This document shows, piece after piece, positions 36,279-36,457 of a DNA stretch of 36,457 nt. The DNA lies in NCBI GenBank assembly GCA_964491955.1, contig CAZBIK010000002.1, forward strand, positions 1 through 36,457, written 5' to 3'. Positions within the stretch are counted from its first letter, which is position 1; each line of letters begins with the position of its first letter. The translations under genes and the position numbers were made by a program. Under the pieces are notes generated by a model. The model was not told where the DNA came from, ran no database searches, and saw only the letters and a list, made by a program, of their open reading frames with translations. The DNA comes from an uncultured Ferruginibacter sp. GTDB taxonomy: Bacteria; Bacteroidota; Bacteroidia; Chitinophagales; Chitinophagaceae.

Positions 36279-36457
36279 GGTCGTACGAACACGGCTAGGT
36301 CGAACAGGCCCGGCGTGCGGACCGGCGCGAAGTCCTTCGGCGTGTCGAACGGCAGCTTCTTGAAGAGGCCCACGCTGACGGCGTTGCCGTTGCTCATCAG
36401 GAGCAGCGTGTGGCCGTCGGGCTCAGCCTTGGCGACCGCCGTGCTCGCGACGATGGT
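36279..36457 (-). other. High-GC fragment of a TctC/Bug tripartite tricarboxylate transporter substrate-binding gene, probably foreign or chimeric
   Basis: Translation TIVASTAVAKAEPDGHTLLLMSNGNAVSVGLFKKLPFDTPKDFAPV resembles the Bug/TctC pattern (A.PDGYTLL...LPYD..KDF.PV); 119 of 177 bases are G+C by hand count over 36281-36457 (about 67%). Confidence 0.8.

Overview
Bacteroidota-type chromosomal segment (probably Chitinophagaceae-like, inferred from a T9SS-type C-terminal domain, TAnnTTTG promoter boxes and gene content). Left part: a 5'-truncated beta-propeller sensor kinase with a NarL/LuxR regulator, a 14-repeat FG-GAP surface protein, a VPS10/BNR protein broken by one in-frame TAG, then msrB, adk, paaZ and an enoyl-CoA hydratase. 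The centre (17.0-29.8 kb) holds two convergent operons whose stop codons are 2 nt apart. One is an inorganic-carbon uptake operon (SulP, beta-carbonic anhydrase, DabA, DabB, DUF2490-like outer-membrane barrel). The other is an ABC/HlyD/TolC exporter whose ATPase motifs are degenerate. Each operon is headed by a small membrane-targeted ORF, and the two ORFs share E-[FY]-L-x(27-28)-H-x5-PPP-[ND] at the C-terminus followed by an RNA hairpin; they are candidate ribosome-stalling leader peptides. This paired-leader carbon-uptake/exporter module is the best candidate for an undescribed system. Right part: fabG, a GH3-family gene, lptB, outer-membrane proteins and metF. The last ~180 bp are a high-GC TctC/Bug-like fragment joined in frame to a porin-like gene, most likely an assembly chimera. 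All family calls come from motif recognition by eye; no searches were run.
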